Positions 13,900 to 27,119 of a stretch of DNA of 64,000 nt are shown here, one piece after another. Made by a program: the position numbers and the translations under genes. The stretch comes from Marsupella aquatica (taxonomy: Eukaryota; Plantae; Marchantiophyta). Each line of letters starts with the position of its first letter. Positions within the stretch are counted from its first letter, which is position 1. Location: NCBI GenBank assembly GCA_973895155.1, contig OZ316897.1, forward strand, positions 21,923,455 to 21,987,454, in the 5' to 3' direction. Below the pieces are notes generated by a model. The model worked only from the letters and a program-made list of their open reading frames with translations. It was not told where the DNA came from and made no database searches.

Positions 13900-14352
13900 T
13901 GCACATGATGTGAACATTTAATTTGTGGAAGTGACCCGCACCCCCACCCACCCTGAGCTACCTCCATACTTCATCCTTAAATTAATTAACCTTCCACATA
14001 TGCATGCATGCATATATGTGCGCAAGTCTTAGGGTTTAGGGTTAGGGTAATGAATAAAAGGCCCCTTACTTCGATCATTTGCACATGATGTGAACATTTA
14101 ATTTGTGGAAGTGACCCGCACCCCCACCCACCCTGAGCTACCTCCATACTTCATCCTTAAATTAATTAACCTTCCACATATGCATGCATGCATATATGTA
14201 CGTGCGCAAGTCTTAGGGTTTAGGGTTAGGGTAATGCATAAAAGGCCCCTTACTTCGATCATTTGCACATGATGTGAACATTTAATGGGTGGAAGTGACC
14301 CCCACCCCCACCCACCCTGAGCTACCTCCATGTTTCATCCTTAAATTAATTA
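13900..14352 (+). repeat. About 180-bp tandem repeat, 2.5 copies, containing TTAGGG/TTTAGGG motifs
   Basis: gcacatgatgtgaacatttaat starts near 13900, 14080 and 14264; ttagggtttagggttaggg in the full units. Confidence 0.9.
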
Positions 14353-14974
14353 ATACGCCTGCCTAGCTGTATGTTCTCATATTTATGTAATAATATATAC
14401 TAAGTGCGTGATGACCCCCCCCCCCCCCCCTAAAGAAAACAAAATAGAGTTTTAAAAAGCAAAATGACCTCTGCCTCACCCAATGCTTTTGTGTCCCTCC
14501 TCTTCAAAAACCCTTATAACTTCACCTTAAAAGCAGGAAAATGTGTTAAAAACTCTCCCCTTGTAAGTCATCATGATGTGACATAAAGTGTGCCAATGGT
14601 CCATATAACTGGCAATATAAGGGCCTAGATCCAACATTTGAAACATGTGGCACATGGCACTGACAAAGTATTGTAGACATTATTATGGGCCCTGTTTTAG
14701 GCCCCTCATCACAAGTTCAGCCATATAGCAACCTCTATAAGATTCAATGTATGTAAGGAAAGCTCCCACAAGTTCAGCCAATGCCTTCAGAAAATGAAAA
14801 CTCATATTTATGTTAGGGGAAGGGTGAGAAATTTAGAACGGAAGGAGACAAAGTCTTTTTTTATTTGATTTATTTTGCCGCATATTTACTCCATTAAAAC
14901 GTGCCCAAGTACACAAAGTGTCCGCCATGTCTCCCAAGAGAAAAACTCCGCGTCTCTCTAAAATGAACGTCTCC

Positions 14975-17900
14975 TGTGGTGCGTCCCATGGCTCCCTAAA
15001 CCCAAGAAACCCCCCAGCTCAAGCCGATTCCCGCAGGTTTCGCGCTTGGCGAGGCCGTTTCCGCGGCTTAGCGGCATGGGACGCTGCTAACCTTCTACTA
15101 CTACTATTAACATTTTACACACATATACTGGACAGATCCTTCATCGGGTCATGAGATACGTAGCCGGCCTAATCTAGGCCTTCCCCTGTCTTCCCCTCCA
15201 TCTTGTTAGGTATGTTTGGATTCCGCCGCCGGAATGATCCCCAATAGGCTTGGTTAAGCCGCTAAGACCTCTCTCAGCTCGACACATCCAACTCTCACTC
15301 CCCTGCTTACTTTCCTTCCTTTTGGTTGATGTGGGCACTCTTCACACAAGTTAATGCGACACACAAATAGCAAAATGACTCATTCTGACTGAGTCATACC
15401 CTGCACTTGCCATACAAATAGTACATCTCATACACAAGCTCTGCGAACTAAGCCGTGAGGCCAACTCTATTCAGCTCTTAGGCATGAGGAAACATGAATA
15501 TACACAAGGGTCACTCTATGACTAACCGAGAGCTTCTCGTACTACTTGATCCCAGCCCGGCTAGTGCAAACTAAAAACTTGCTAAAGAAGAGGCCCTGAG
15601 CTCCCCGCTGCCCAGGTACTTATCCTGGTAGTGGATCCGCCATTCTTTGCATCGTAAGCCTAATCTACCTAACAGTAATCTACTTGCCCGAATCTACCTA
15701 TGTACAGCAAGGCAGGAGCACAAGTGTTGCTCCTACCAGTGGAACCGCAATCCCACTAAGCTAAGTGTCAGGGCCGCTCCTAGTCCTGATCCTAATCCTA
15801 AACTTGGAGATCAGCGCCCGCCCTGCCCACTCACGCCTCCTCCCTCCACGTCCGCCCTCCCTAAAAGGAACGGCGCCCTTGCACCGTCACGACACCGGTG
15901 GAGGATCCTTAATGGACGCCCCCAACGCTTCCTCCTCAGCCACTGCCGTAGGTTCATTCTCTGACTGATTACCTGCCCTTGACTGAGTCAACTCTCCATC
16001 GGCCTGACTGGGTCCACCATCGGCGTCGGCATCGGCTCGGGAATCGGTTACAGCCTCAGCCTCGGCTACGGTCTCCCCGGCCTGCTCAAGAGGCGGATCT
16101 GGGATATCGGCCTCATTACTGAGTAGTTCGGCTTGGGCCGCACCACCCCCACCTGTGATGATAGCGGGATCATTTGCCGTATTCATGCCGGAGGATGGTG
16201 CTGGTTCTACCTCCTTGGTCACCACGGCTTGTGGAGTCGGATTACTCCTTGACCCTGAAGGTTTCCGCTTCTTCTTCTTTTCTGGTTCGGCAGCTGGTCC
16301 CTTCCCCTTCCCACTTACTTCCGGCACTGGTGCAGGTGGCGTGGCTTTTTCTTCGGCCAGTACCACTCCTGGTAACTTGGTTGCCCCAATTGGAGTTGCG
16401 CCTGATGAAGACAAGCACTTGAATACTGCGGCTTATTTCTTCAGCCGCTCCGTTTGGTTGTCGGCCCGCCGCTGGAGGTTCTCCATCTTCCTCGTGATTT
16501 CCTCCAACTCCTCCTGGGTCTCATCCAGGTCCTTGCGCGCCTCCTCTAGTTCCTTCTGGGCTTCCTCCCGTTCTTGTTTCAAGGTAGTCCTCTCCTCCCG
16601 GGTTGCTCTTAGCTCCTTGTCGAGCTCTGCAATGATGACAGACTCCATCTGGTTCATCTTGGCGTAAGTCTGTTCGAGCATCTCGTCCTTCTCCCTTAGG
16701 TCGGCCTTGAAGCTGGCCGTCAGGGACGCAAGCTCCTGCTGCAGCGCCATAATCCCTTGATAGGATTTCCCTAACTCGGCCTCCTTCTGCTCAAGGGCTC
16801 CGCGGATTTTCTCGAGCTCCCCCTTCAACGTCCATTCCTTTCTTTGGGTTTCCGCCATGGCCCGGCTGTTGGCTGTTATGTGGGCTTCCTCTGTATTCTT
16901 CAGCTCTCGCTTCCACTTCTCCCTCTCTTTGATCGTGTCGGCCAACTCTCCCTGCGTCTGAGTCAGTTTATCCTTGATATTCTGATTATCAGCTTGCGCG
17001 GTGTCCAACTGCCTCTGCATGATGTTCAGCTCATGCCGTTTAATCCGCAGTTCATCTTGGGCTTTCTTGGCCGCCCTTAGATCTTCAATCTCGGCTTCCA
17101 TCCTCCTAAGCCGCCGAATGACCTCGTCCTTCTTGCTTCTCTCTAAAGCCACCACTTCTTCTAATTGGTGCTTCTCCAACTGCTCCCTATGGAAAAAGGG
17201 TCCTACCTCCAACTCCTCTCCAAAGATGTTGAGCGCAAGTTCCCCACACATCTCACCATACTCCATGGCTCTATTCTTAGCGTAGGTGGAGTAAGTAGAA
17301 GTGATCGGCATCGCCCATCGCGGCCTCTGCTCCCAAGCCGTCTTGCGGATCTCTTCAATCGTGGCTAGAGGTTTGCTTCCTTTTTTGGCTAGCCGCCTGA
17401 TGTCCTCCGGCCAATCTCCTCCTGGTAAATCCTTTTCCCTAGCCAGGGCTGCCTCCTCTTCCTGCCTGATTCGCTCCTGAAATTCCTGCACCGTCTGTTT
17501 TATGCCGTCAAAGCTTGGGGGAGCAACATCTGGTGGGGGAGACTCAGGGCTACTCTGCTGGTTGGGGTCCCCTCGCACTACCCTTGGAAGTGTGGGGACA
17601 AACCGGCCACAGGTCCTTACTCCTGGAACGTGATGGTCCGACCCATAGCCAGAATTATCAAGGCTGCAGTCCTCCACTGCCTCCTCTACTTCTTGGACAT
17701 CCGGCTTCTCCCTCTCCTCTTCGTCGGTAGGAGCTTCAGGCAATTCTGCCTCAGATTCGGAGCTTGAGATTCCCACATACATTCGAACACCTGGCTTGGA
17801 TTCCGGCCTGATTCTCTCCTTGTCTCCAGCAAAGGGGTTTTCTCTTGTGAGCCGGTGTAGGCCTACCTCTGTAGTAGTGTCCTGCATTGTTGCCGTTGCC

Positions 17901-19637
17901 GTTGTTGTTGCCGATGCCGATCTCTTTTCTTTCTCCAGTAGTTTCAGCAGACTCTGCATGCCTGGTTGTTGCATCGGCAAGTCCTCCTTCCTAGGTCTAA
18001 ACACTTGCTCGATCGTAGGGCTAACAGGTGGTTGAGGCTTCTCAGCCAACGGCCTCGGCGTTGGAGCTTCCTCGGGTGCCCTTACCTGCAGGGGAAGTAC
18101 TGGGGCAAAAGTCTGACCTCTGGCATACCGGCACAACAGCGGCATGTGATAGCCAAGCCGCGACACGCTCCCCATGCCGATTACCTGCTGCTCCTCCTTT
18201 AAGATCTTCTTCAATTGGTTGAGGAGGTACCCGTTGTAGTCCCGGCTTGGGTCTGGCCTCTCTGCTAGATAGACCTATGCCTTGCCGATCTCTGCCCTCG
18301 GCAAGTTACAATGCATGGTCACCCGCAAGAAGTCGATCATCTCTCCTATGTGCGGGTTGGTGCAGGTGTTCCGGAAGAAGCCATTCTTCGTTGATGGCCC
18401 GGGGAACGACCGGAACTCCTTGTCAGGCAAGGTCTTCCTGGTATCAACTTTGGTCTTATTGCCTATCGGCAAGCAAAACACTTCGGCAATTACCTTGGGA
18501 GTAAGATAGAAATCCTTCCCATATATCCTCGTGCAATTGGTCTCGGGTTCCCATGACCCCACGAATTCTAATAGGTCTGACTCCGGTACCTCCGGCTTCA
18601 GCCATGGTAATCTTACAAAGGCCTCTAAGCCGGATCCGGCCATGAAGCCTTGATACTTCTTGGTCTGCATGGCCGTAAAGCATGCATCCTCCTCCCGTGC
18701 AAAATGTAGTTGCACTTCCACCGGTAGGGTTGCCGCCCAGCCCTTCCAGGTGTCATCCCTGGTTGGAATGGCCTTGATGGGATCGACCTCCTCCTCTTCG
18801 GCTTCTCCCTGCCTCCTGCTCTGTTGCTCGGCTGGCTTCTTTGGTGCCGCCGACCTCATTCTTTTTGCCGGGATGGCTTCATCGTTGACGGCTCCCTTCC
18901 TCTTCATCTCTGCTACCGTGGAGGTTTCTCCTAGCACCGTTGCCTGGGTCTACCTTTCCGTGCTACCCTTTAATTCCCAGTGTATGTCGTTGCAGTTCTT
19001 GATGGCCTCTCGGATGCCGACGACGTTGTCTTTGCAAAACAGAAGATCGTCGAGTTGATTGGAAGTAGGCGTCCACAGGAACTCGTCCTTGATGAGTTTG
19101 CCTCCTAAGAAAGCCGTCTTTTGCAGCTCCCATAATCGAGCGAGCTCCTGCCGTTCTCGAGCTGCCCTTTCTGATTCCTCGTCCTCGTAAGTCTTGATGT
19201 ACTCAGTTGCCCGTTCGAACAGGCATCCCCAGAAATGTGCCGCTTGATTGACGTTGCTCATACCCTCCTTAGGTCGATCGTCGGTATCTACTCTCTCTCC
19301 GAGTGCTTGCCTAAGCAGCTGACAGTAGTTGGCCTCCCATAGTCGTCTGCCTAGTTCGTGCTCGCAAATGAGCCACCATCTCCTACAAGCGCTCCTTACC
19401 CCTCTCCTCTGCCGGTCCTTCTTCCCGTTGATCCTTCCTAGCCGCCGACACTTAACGCGCCCTAACCCTAATCGAGTTTTCACCCTCAGCGTCCTTACCT
19501 CCGGCCTCGGCCCGGGTTCCATGGTTGCCCCTAATTGTTTATATTTTCCTTGTTTTGTCCCTATACTAAGGTGTTCCTAGGGTGCCTTCCTGCTTTACCC
19601 ACTTAACTGGCCGAGTGATTCCTGTCTAGGCATCACA
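14975..19637 (-). mobile_element. Complete copy B: 4663-bp TG...CA element, probable solo LTR of a Ty3/Gypsy lineage
   Basis: Ends TGTGGTGC and GCATCACA form a 7/8 inverted match. Flanks TCTCC (14970-14974) and TATCC (19638-19642) are a 4/5 match consistent with a 5-bp TSD. The host motif taaaat.aacgtctcc occurs on both sides. Confidence 0.75.
15887..19522 (-). pseudogene. Single reading frame of about 1210 codons (PMD-like domain, acidic linker, long coiled coil, NLS-like tail), broken by three stops
   Basis: ORFs 18950..19522, 18275..18937, 16433..18214 and 15887..16414 share one frame. LLEFVGSWEPETN...LTPKVIAEVFCLPIG resembles the PMD consensus LVERW.PET...ITL.DV..LLGLPI.G. Confidence 0.75.
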
Positions 19638-19944
19638 TATCCCAAAGCTCCACTTCCGTAGAGTCAACGTCCCCGTAAAATCAACGTCTCCCAAAACTCG
19701 GCCCTAAACTCCCGGTCTCCCTTCTGGATCCTCTACTTGCATTCACTTTGCGCCCCACGATAATTTACTTATCTAGTGACCCCTCTGCACAATTTGTCGA
19801 GTGTTCTGCAGTCCGGCTTGTCATTTGATTCGCAACCATTGCAGATTGGTATTCGTCCCTTCCTGAGTAGTGCTTGCGCCCGGCTGAGTGCCTGCCCTTC
19901 GCCACTATTGTTTGGATTTCTGCTGGGTGGCTCTTTTCAGAGAC

Positions 19945-20649
19945 ATGGCCACACTTAAAGATGTCGTTGGCTGCTGCAATGCTGGAGAAACGAGGACCTT
20001 CCCATCAATGAGGGTTTTTGTGGTCAATTTTGATGCTCCAATCGATTTTCCGCGGAAGTTTCTATACCATGGATGTACTCGCTTCGTGACACCTGGGTGG
20101 ATGTGTAATCGCATTGTTGAAGGGTCAAGTCGATGTCCCCATAATTCGGTTGTTGCTGGGACCTGGACAGAAAGGTATCGTTTTGAGGTGTTCCTGGTTG
20201 ACTCTACTATCGGGCCACACTTCCCTCCAGTGCAAGCTAAGATTTTTGATGCAGCGACTGATCTCATAGGGATGCCTCCGCAGGATTTTAGCGAGAAGGA
20301 AGACTTTGTCTAGTTTGCTACTGTCCATAGAGCTACAGCAAAGATGGAATGTGTGGACGTAGTGATCCGCTGCAAAGACGGTGAGGCCATTATTAATTCC
20401 TTGTCACCTGTAAGCGATGACGACTGTGAGATCTTGCATTCTGTGGTGCCTACTTCTGTCACTCCACGGAAGACGAAGTTGAAGACGGACAGTGTACCTT
20501 CAAGGTATCATACTGCACGAGGGAGGCATACAGCAGAATCTTCAAGATCATCTATTAATGCTTCAGACCCGGCCACGGCGTCGCAGCTTAGTTTTGTTAG
20601 ATGTAGATTGCAGGACCTGCTTGATAGTTTGGATGCAACTCATATCTGA
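19945..20649 (+). pseudogene. RPA70 C-terminal-like OB-fold/zinc-ribbon protein with in-frame TAG at 20311-20313
   Basis: FLYHGC...CNR...RCPH...RYRFEVFLVDST...KIFDAATDLIGMPP matches the Rep_fac-A_C pattern; 20344..20649 is in the same frame. Confidence 0.7.
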
Positions 20650-21048
20650 TGTGACCAGATGCAAGCACAACGTACGACGGTTTGGCATTTTGGGCAGGAG
20701 TCTTTTAGTTTGTAAGGTTCCTACAGGCCATGCAATGACCTGCCATTTTGGTTTGATATGGCATAACGTGTATGCTTGGTTTGTGGGGCAAGTGGGACCA
20801 GAATGTATGTATGTGAATGGTCGACTTATTTTCAATGTGCAATAAAGGGGGGCTCGGACCTGCATCTGTTAAATGAAGGTTGTGATGTCCACGATGCGTT
20901 TGTTAAAACGTACCAGAAAGTAATTGGGTGTTAATCGGCTGGTGTTTAATCGATGAATGGGTCTCGGCTAGTGTTTAATCGATGAATGGGTCTCGGAAAT
21001 TTTTCATTTTGCAATTTGTGCGCAATTTCTCAAGGAAAACTTCCAACT

Positions 21049-22800
21049 TCAAACTCTGATACAGGACAGCAAGTAGAACTCAGCCACTATAGCGCTTTTG
21101 CGGATCGCAGCGACATCATGTAGTGGGTCATCATAGTTCACGGAGAATTGGGTAAGGGCCACTCCCCAATCTCCGAACATCAATAGACCAAAAAAACAGA
21201 GAAACACCTGAAACTCATTGGGCGGATCCGCGGCTCCATCGATCCCAACGACCAGGAAGGGAAAAAAACACAAGCATACAGACAACCGTAAAAACAACGT
21301 GACCCCAAACAATACATTTATGGCAGATGTGTTCTTGTTCCAGTAGGTGTTCATTATATTTATGGAGAATTGATGGGTAATGTATGTAAATGAATAATGG
21401 AGTTCGCACTTTGAAGGTCGGGGCAACGCCTGCAACTCAATGAAGAAGTAAGTAATCATGAAAAAATAGATGACAACTTCCATATGCGTAAAATAGGTCG
21501 TAAAATTATCTTTTGCGACAACTTACCACTGCATACCGGTTGGCAAGGGGGGGTGGACAGCATACTGGCAACCCGGTTACCTGACAAGGCAACCCGGGCG
21601 GTTGCCACAAAATAGGCATCGGCCTCGGACGATGCCACAACACCTTTGTCAGCATGGCGCTCATGATGTATATTGCTTCAACTGTAATCTCAAAGACTCA
21701 AAAAGTGTGGTCTGTTCTAAATATCCGAGTTCATTCTCATACTAACCTTGTAACATTAGTGTTGGAACGAGCATAACCACAAATACCCCAAACATACCCC
21801 TCACATACCTCGCACATACCTCGCACCGGCAGAACAAACTACGTCACATCCGCTTCTTCACTTCCTCTGATATTAATGCTCTACCTGTTTCATATGACCT
21901 GCGTAGCCTGCAAAACATTCCACATACCATATATAATTAATGATGCATGTTGCATGAAAATAGATCGCGGAGTCTGTATCATTGAACATCCAGATTCATA
22001 CCTGTTCCATCGATCAGAGCGCACCGGACACGAAGAAGATATATGGTTTAGTTGGTTTCTAAGGATTGGTGTACAGGGGGTGGCTAGCCAGCCTTGGGAT
22101 CGGTGAAATCGATGACGAGTTTCAAGGATGCGTAAATGGTACTATAGGATATTTACTAGTAAGCCCGGGCTAAGGAAGAAGTGGGTGGTAAAGGGTAAGG
22201 TAAGATCTGCTTTCACTTTGAAGTATACGAGAACCCTGTATTTGACCTGCGAGCACATTTCAAACTCAAATCATAAGCAAAAACTATTGCAATCAAAAGA
22301 ATTGACTCCGAGTGCTGCCAATAATTTCTACCAAATCCAAAACACATTACAGGATATCGCACAAGGTGGCATGGGATTTGACAGAGAATTCTCCCACGTA
22401 GTACGAAGATCCGCAGGTGGCCTGTGGACTTCCACGTTTTGGATGATGTTATCGGGCGCGAACGTGTAAAACTTATTCTGAAGTTGTCTGAGCTCGCACA
22501 GAGGAGGATTGAACACTTAGAGTGGGAGGTGTGAGCTACGGTCAATGACCTCCACTCTTTAGTACCTTTGGAATCGTTCCCGCGGAAATGATCCCTCTGA
22601 AACTGGAGGGAAACTGAGGCCAGCCTTATCTTCTTGGTATCCTATGTAGGGTATTTGCCACATAGGCTTCTGATTGATCAGAAGGTCATCGCAGCTGGCG
22701 GCTTTACTTTCCCGAAGTGCAGGCTGCGCTAGTCTCCATGGGAATAGTTTGTATCTTGTCCTAACTTGTCATAGTAATCCAAACTGCATGGACTTTTGAG
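21049..22800 (-). pseudogene. Degenerate multi-exon gene of unknown function
   Basis: Several minus-strand splice-like sites (ttgcag near 21430 and 21908, gttagt near 21746) and short ORFs; no domain recognised. Confidence 0.3.
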
Positions 22801-23278
22801 TTAGGCCTAGAATAGTAGAGTGAGGGAAAATTTCCCAGTTGTATAATCATGACCGCAACTCCTAAATCCCCAGCCTAAATCGGCTGGATAGAAACAAAAT
22901 CAGCGATGCGCTTGACGCAATGGACTGCGGATATATCGCATTTTGAAGAGTGACCAGGGCGGTCAGTTCAAAACTGACGAGGACTAGCTTTGAGGCGGGC
23001 AACGCATGCACTACTTGCCTTGCAGCCTTTACCTCGAACACGCACGGGCGGGCGATTCAAACGGACAATGAACCCGCAACCTTTACCTTCAACACGCGCG
23101 GGTGGGCGATTCAAACGAACGATGAACGAGAGAGGCAGTGAGTGCGCTTGGTGTAATACTCCCTTTTCGTTTTAAGTCCCCCTCTATATTTCACTATTTC
23201 TGCTACGCGTACGCCTGGAGTGAAGTCGATCTTCAGAGTTTCCTACACTTGATCGACGTTGATTGAAACAGAGTTGCA

Positions 23279-26200
23279 ATGCATGAATGGAGCAGGCTTA
23301 CGTGTAAGGAATTGTGTGAAAACATTGATCAATGTTTAGAATCGACAATGTACACTTCCAAAATTGAGGAGTTGGATCTTACTGGGGAAAGCTTCTTCTG
23401 TATGGATGGGGATGATTGGCAACTTTTCTTTGACAGTGTGGGGATGAAGACATGGGTGCACAGGAAGAAGTTGAGGAGATGGGTGAATGAATGCAATGGG
23501 AGCAGCAATACCGGAGTCACACAGCCATCACAGCTACAACCATCACCGCTGCAGCCATCACCGTTGCCGCCAATGAAGACACTATCTGAACGTGATACGA
23601 ATTGAAAGGAGAGCTCTGGTGAAGAAGAGCACAAGTCTATCAGGCCTGCTGAAAATACCCGCACTCCTGATGCGGCGGAGAGAGAGACGTCTATGATTGG
23701 TTCTACCAAGCATCATCAAGTAAGTTGTTTGTCTCCCGTGACATTAAATTAGCCTATTGAAATCCATTGCGACCACGGCAAGGACCTCTTCTGATAATCA
23801 CGCGAAGGCATCTAATGCAGTGCTCAATGGTAGTTTCTTTGTTTGATTGAATACACGCTGATGTGTGTTTCGACGCTGCTATGCACAGTTCTATCCTTCG
23901 GCAGAGGACATCTTCAATGTGACCAACAAATCTGGAGGACGGTCCATTCTGGCTTCTAAGCATGTAGAAGCGCACCAAGCTCACAAGGCAAATTACAGAA
24001 CAGTGAGGAATTGGTTTGCGAATTTCGCCGCCGACAAGGAGATATACGAATACCTCAGTGCAGATTTCAAGTCTGACACAAAGACAAAAGAGAATTGTCG
24101 ATTGTATGTTCAGAGTAGAATGCACGAACTTTCACCTCTCAAATTTGAGTGTCTAGAAACCGGATCTAAACATGAGATGCCTTGGCCAGAAAGCTTCCTG
24201 TTTGAGGTCGTCAAGAACAGAAAGCATGAATGGAGGAAAGCAAATGCAAAAATCAAGGAAGGTACGTATTGACAGATTCCCATTCATTAGTTAGCGCAGT
24301 GCCATTGGTTTTGGCAATGAACTGTGTTCTATCTTTCGCAACTTGGAAATAACCTGGAAATACCCTGGAATTAACCTCAAGTACTTGCACTGAATTTCAT
24401 TGCAGGTGCCATCCCTACGGCCCGAAAAAAGGAGCCGACTGATTTTGCAGATATGAAGGTAGAACCAGATGCAGATGAAGCGATTGCCATTGGACATGGA
24501 CAATCGTACCCAGAGATTTTTGTGGAACTCCGTGCGTATGCATTCAAGGTGACCTTGGTAGAACTGCAAATGAGAGACGTCGATAAGTCTGTAAGGTATA
24601 GGGGGCAGTACAGTGGAGAGGTCGTTGGTCGTGGAATACCAGAGAGCGTCCATGTTATTAAGAAAGTGAGATGGTGGAAGATTAAGTTCATGAAGGCCTT
24701 GTCTGATGGTAATCCGTCATTGCTGGCGCCTTACTGGGTGCCATTAATGACACCTTCAAAGGGTCTGCAGATGGTACAGTTTGGGCACTTAAAACCAGTA
24801 AGTATGGTGCCATATACATATATAAATATATGCATTTACCAACCCTAGGTTCATTGCATCGGAATGAATCTACTTCTCCGGGTTCTGCAGGTTTTTTCAT
24901 GTTGCCCAGTCGATATGTATCGAGAGGTAGAGATGTTGAATGAATCTGGTTTTCTACAATATATTTATATTGCAAGATTCCCTGGCACTCATGCACCGTC
25001 ACTATTGATGTGCATGTACATATTGCAGGACATGTCCATTTTTGTTCCGAGAGCATATTGTTCCATGAGTCCCAATCTGGCTCATAAAGTATGCCAATCG
25101 TATTCAGGTCCCTCTCCTCAGGGTTCTGCTGTCTCAGGAAAGACCTCCAAGAGAGTGGGGTTACCGGAGATAGGTCCCTCTCCTGAGGGTTCTGCTGTCT
25201 CAGGAAAGGCCTCCAATGGAGCGGGGTTACCGGAGATGCCTGACGTTGAGGAAAACCCTCTTTCAAAACCGAAGAAGCGAGTGTTGGCATTAGCTGGCCA
25301 TGAAGAAGATGCAGAGGGAGGGGCGGAAGTAGAGCATAGAGAGGAAAGCAAAGCAGATGATGCGGTCAGGTCCAATGATGGAGAGCCAAGCGAGGATACT
25401 GAAGTACTGGATACCACTACATGCAGCCAGGAGAAAACATCTTCAACATCAACTATCAACTTGCAAGTTGATTGCTTCACTACATACACCCAACTTTACA
25501 TTGAATCTGACGAGGATGATGAAGACACTAATATAAGGCCTAACGATCAACCGGAACCGGAGGTACGAGTATTTTGTCATCCTAGTTGCGTTCTTATATA
25601 TCATACGTACGTAATTATAATTAAGACACCGAGTTTGCTTTATACTTATTTTTCAGGTAAAAAGACAAAAGATTGAGAGCAGTCCTGCAGGGGGAAACAA
25701 CCCGCTACTGTCCAAGGTATATATCATATATCATTGTATGTATAAGTTTTGTATATTGCAATTATTATAATGGCCTAAAAGTTCTATTGTAAGTGATGTA
25801 TATGACTTTGCAATTCATTCTACTTTGAGCCTAGGTTCACCAATATATACAATGATTTGCACATCCACATATGCATGGCAGGTTAAGACCGAGAAGGAAC
25901 AAGGTGGAGTCCTTGCAAGCATTCGGGACCTAAATCAACCATTGAGTAGAGCACGAAGAGGCAAGGGTCCGAACCCAGGCAAAGAAAACGTACCTTCATT
26001 TAGAGCTATTTCAACAAAGGTACAGGAGGATGCAAGGGAACGGTTGTTGACCGGCAAAAACATGGTATGATTTCTTATTTCCATCCATTGTAAGCCAGCA
26101 GTCTTTATTAGGTTGCAGCGATCATTGTGTACAATGTGTAGACAGAAATTGTATGTGTGGAACGTACTCTTGTGGTCTCATTATGTGGTCATTATATATG

Positions 26201-26708
26201 TACAGGCAAACCAGGAAGAAGTTTTGTGTGCTCAAGGAACCCGGTCGACGAGAAGTAACAAGTCCCAGGCTTCTGGAGACTCCAATATAGTAAGCATATA
26301 CTGAGAAGTTTTGCACGATTCTGTAAATAATCATTTATAGCTTGTCATTGGTGTACTACCATATTTTAAAAAGCTCACCAAAGACTGTAACTTTTGCAGA
26401 ATTTTGAAAAGCTCACCAAAGACGCCAAACTAGTATTGTGCATGAGAGCCATGGGTTTGATGAAGACCTGCGAAGTGGAGGCCAAATTGCGCACGTTTGT
26501 AGAAGATACGAACAAGCAGTCAAAGACTACCGCCAAGCCATTCACCAAACACGCTCAGAAGAATGCATCAGAGTTATTGGACATGGTGGCCAGGTGGATT
26601 GTAGAGCAGAATGTAGTGATCGTTACACATCTTCCGGCTTTAAATGCCGATGGCCAGCAAAGGATCTTCCCTGAAAATGCTATGAAGAAAGCCGGGGAAG
26701 AGGTATAG
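23279..26708 (+). pseudogene. Multi-exon gene with N-terminal SAM-like domain, possibly a TnpA-like accessory gene
   Basis: WSRLTCKELC...YTSKIEELDLTGESFFCM...GMKTWVHRKKL fits the SAM pattern. TGA at 23603-23605; GT..AG sites (e.g. 23719, 24262, 24405); 66-bp coding duplication at 25107-25237. Confidence 0.55.
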
Positions 26709-26826
26709 TACTCACTACATAGATAGCATACCTGCATCGCTCTATGAACGGCACAAGCTAGACAGGTTATGAATATGATTGCATTATATATTGACCAAGG
26801 GCCACCACTACTTGCTTCGTGTTTCA

Positions 26827-26827
26827 C

Positions 26828-26884
<57 letters not shown>
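26827..26884. repeat. Compound (TA)n(GA)n microsatellite
   Basis: Seen directly. Confidence 0.95.
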
Positions 26885-26887
<3 letters not shown>

Positions 26888-27119
26888 GAGTTGCTAACGT
26901 ACTTAGTTTCTAATGTACAAATGAATGCTACTTAACTCACTGTGATCTTATTTACAACGCTATGAGGAAATGATTCAAAACCATATTAGAAATTTGATTT
27001 GCGTAAGCTGGGCCCAATAAAGAACCTTACGTTCACGATACCCATCGACATTTCATGGTATTCATTGGCAATATGACTGGATGGTTTTCGATGCAATTCA
27101 TCTTGGGACGCCAGACATT

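Noticed and set aside
6917-14582. TGTCACA...TGTGACA as ends of an LTR insert
   Set aside because: No matching target-site duplication was found.
1-17806. The inverted pair as terminal inverted repeats of one DIRS/Polinton-like element
   Set aside because: Copy B has its own ends and TSD, copy A interrupts a transposase, and no tyrosine recombinase, PolB or RT lies between them.
15887-19522. Programmed stop-codon readthrough
   Set aside because: Where both copies can be compared the stops differ and correspond to Gln in the sister copy, consistent with mutation.
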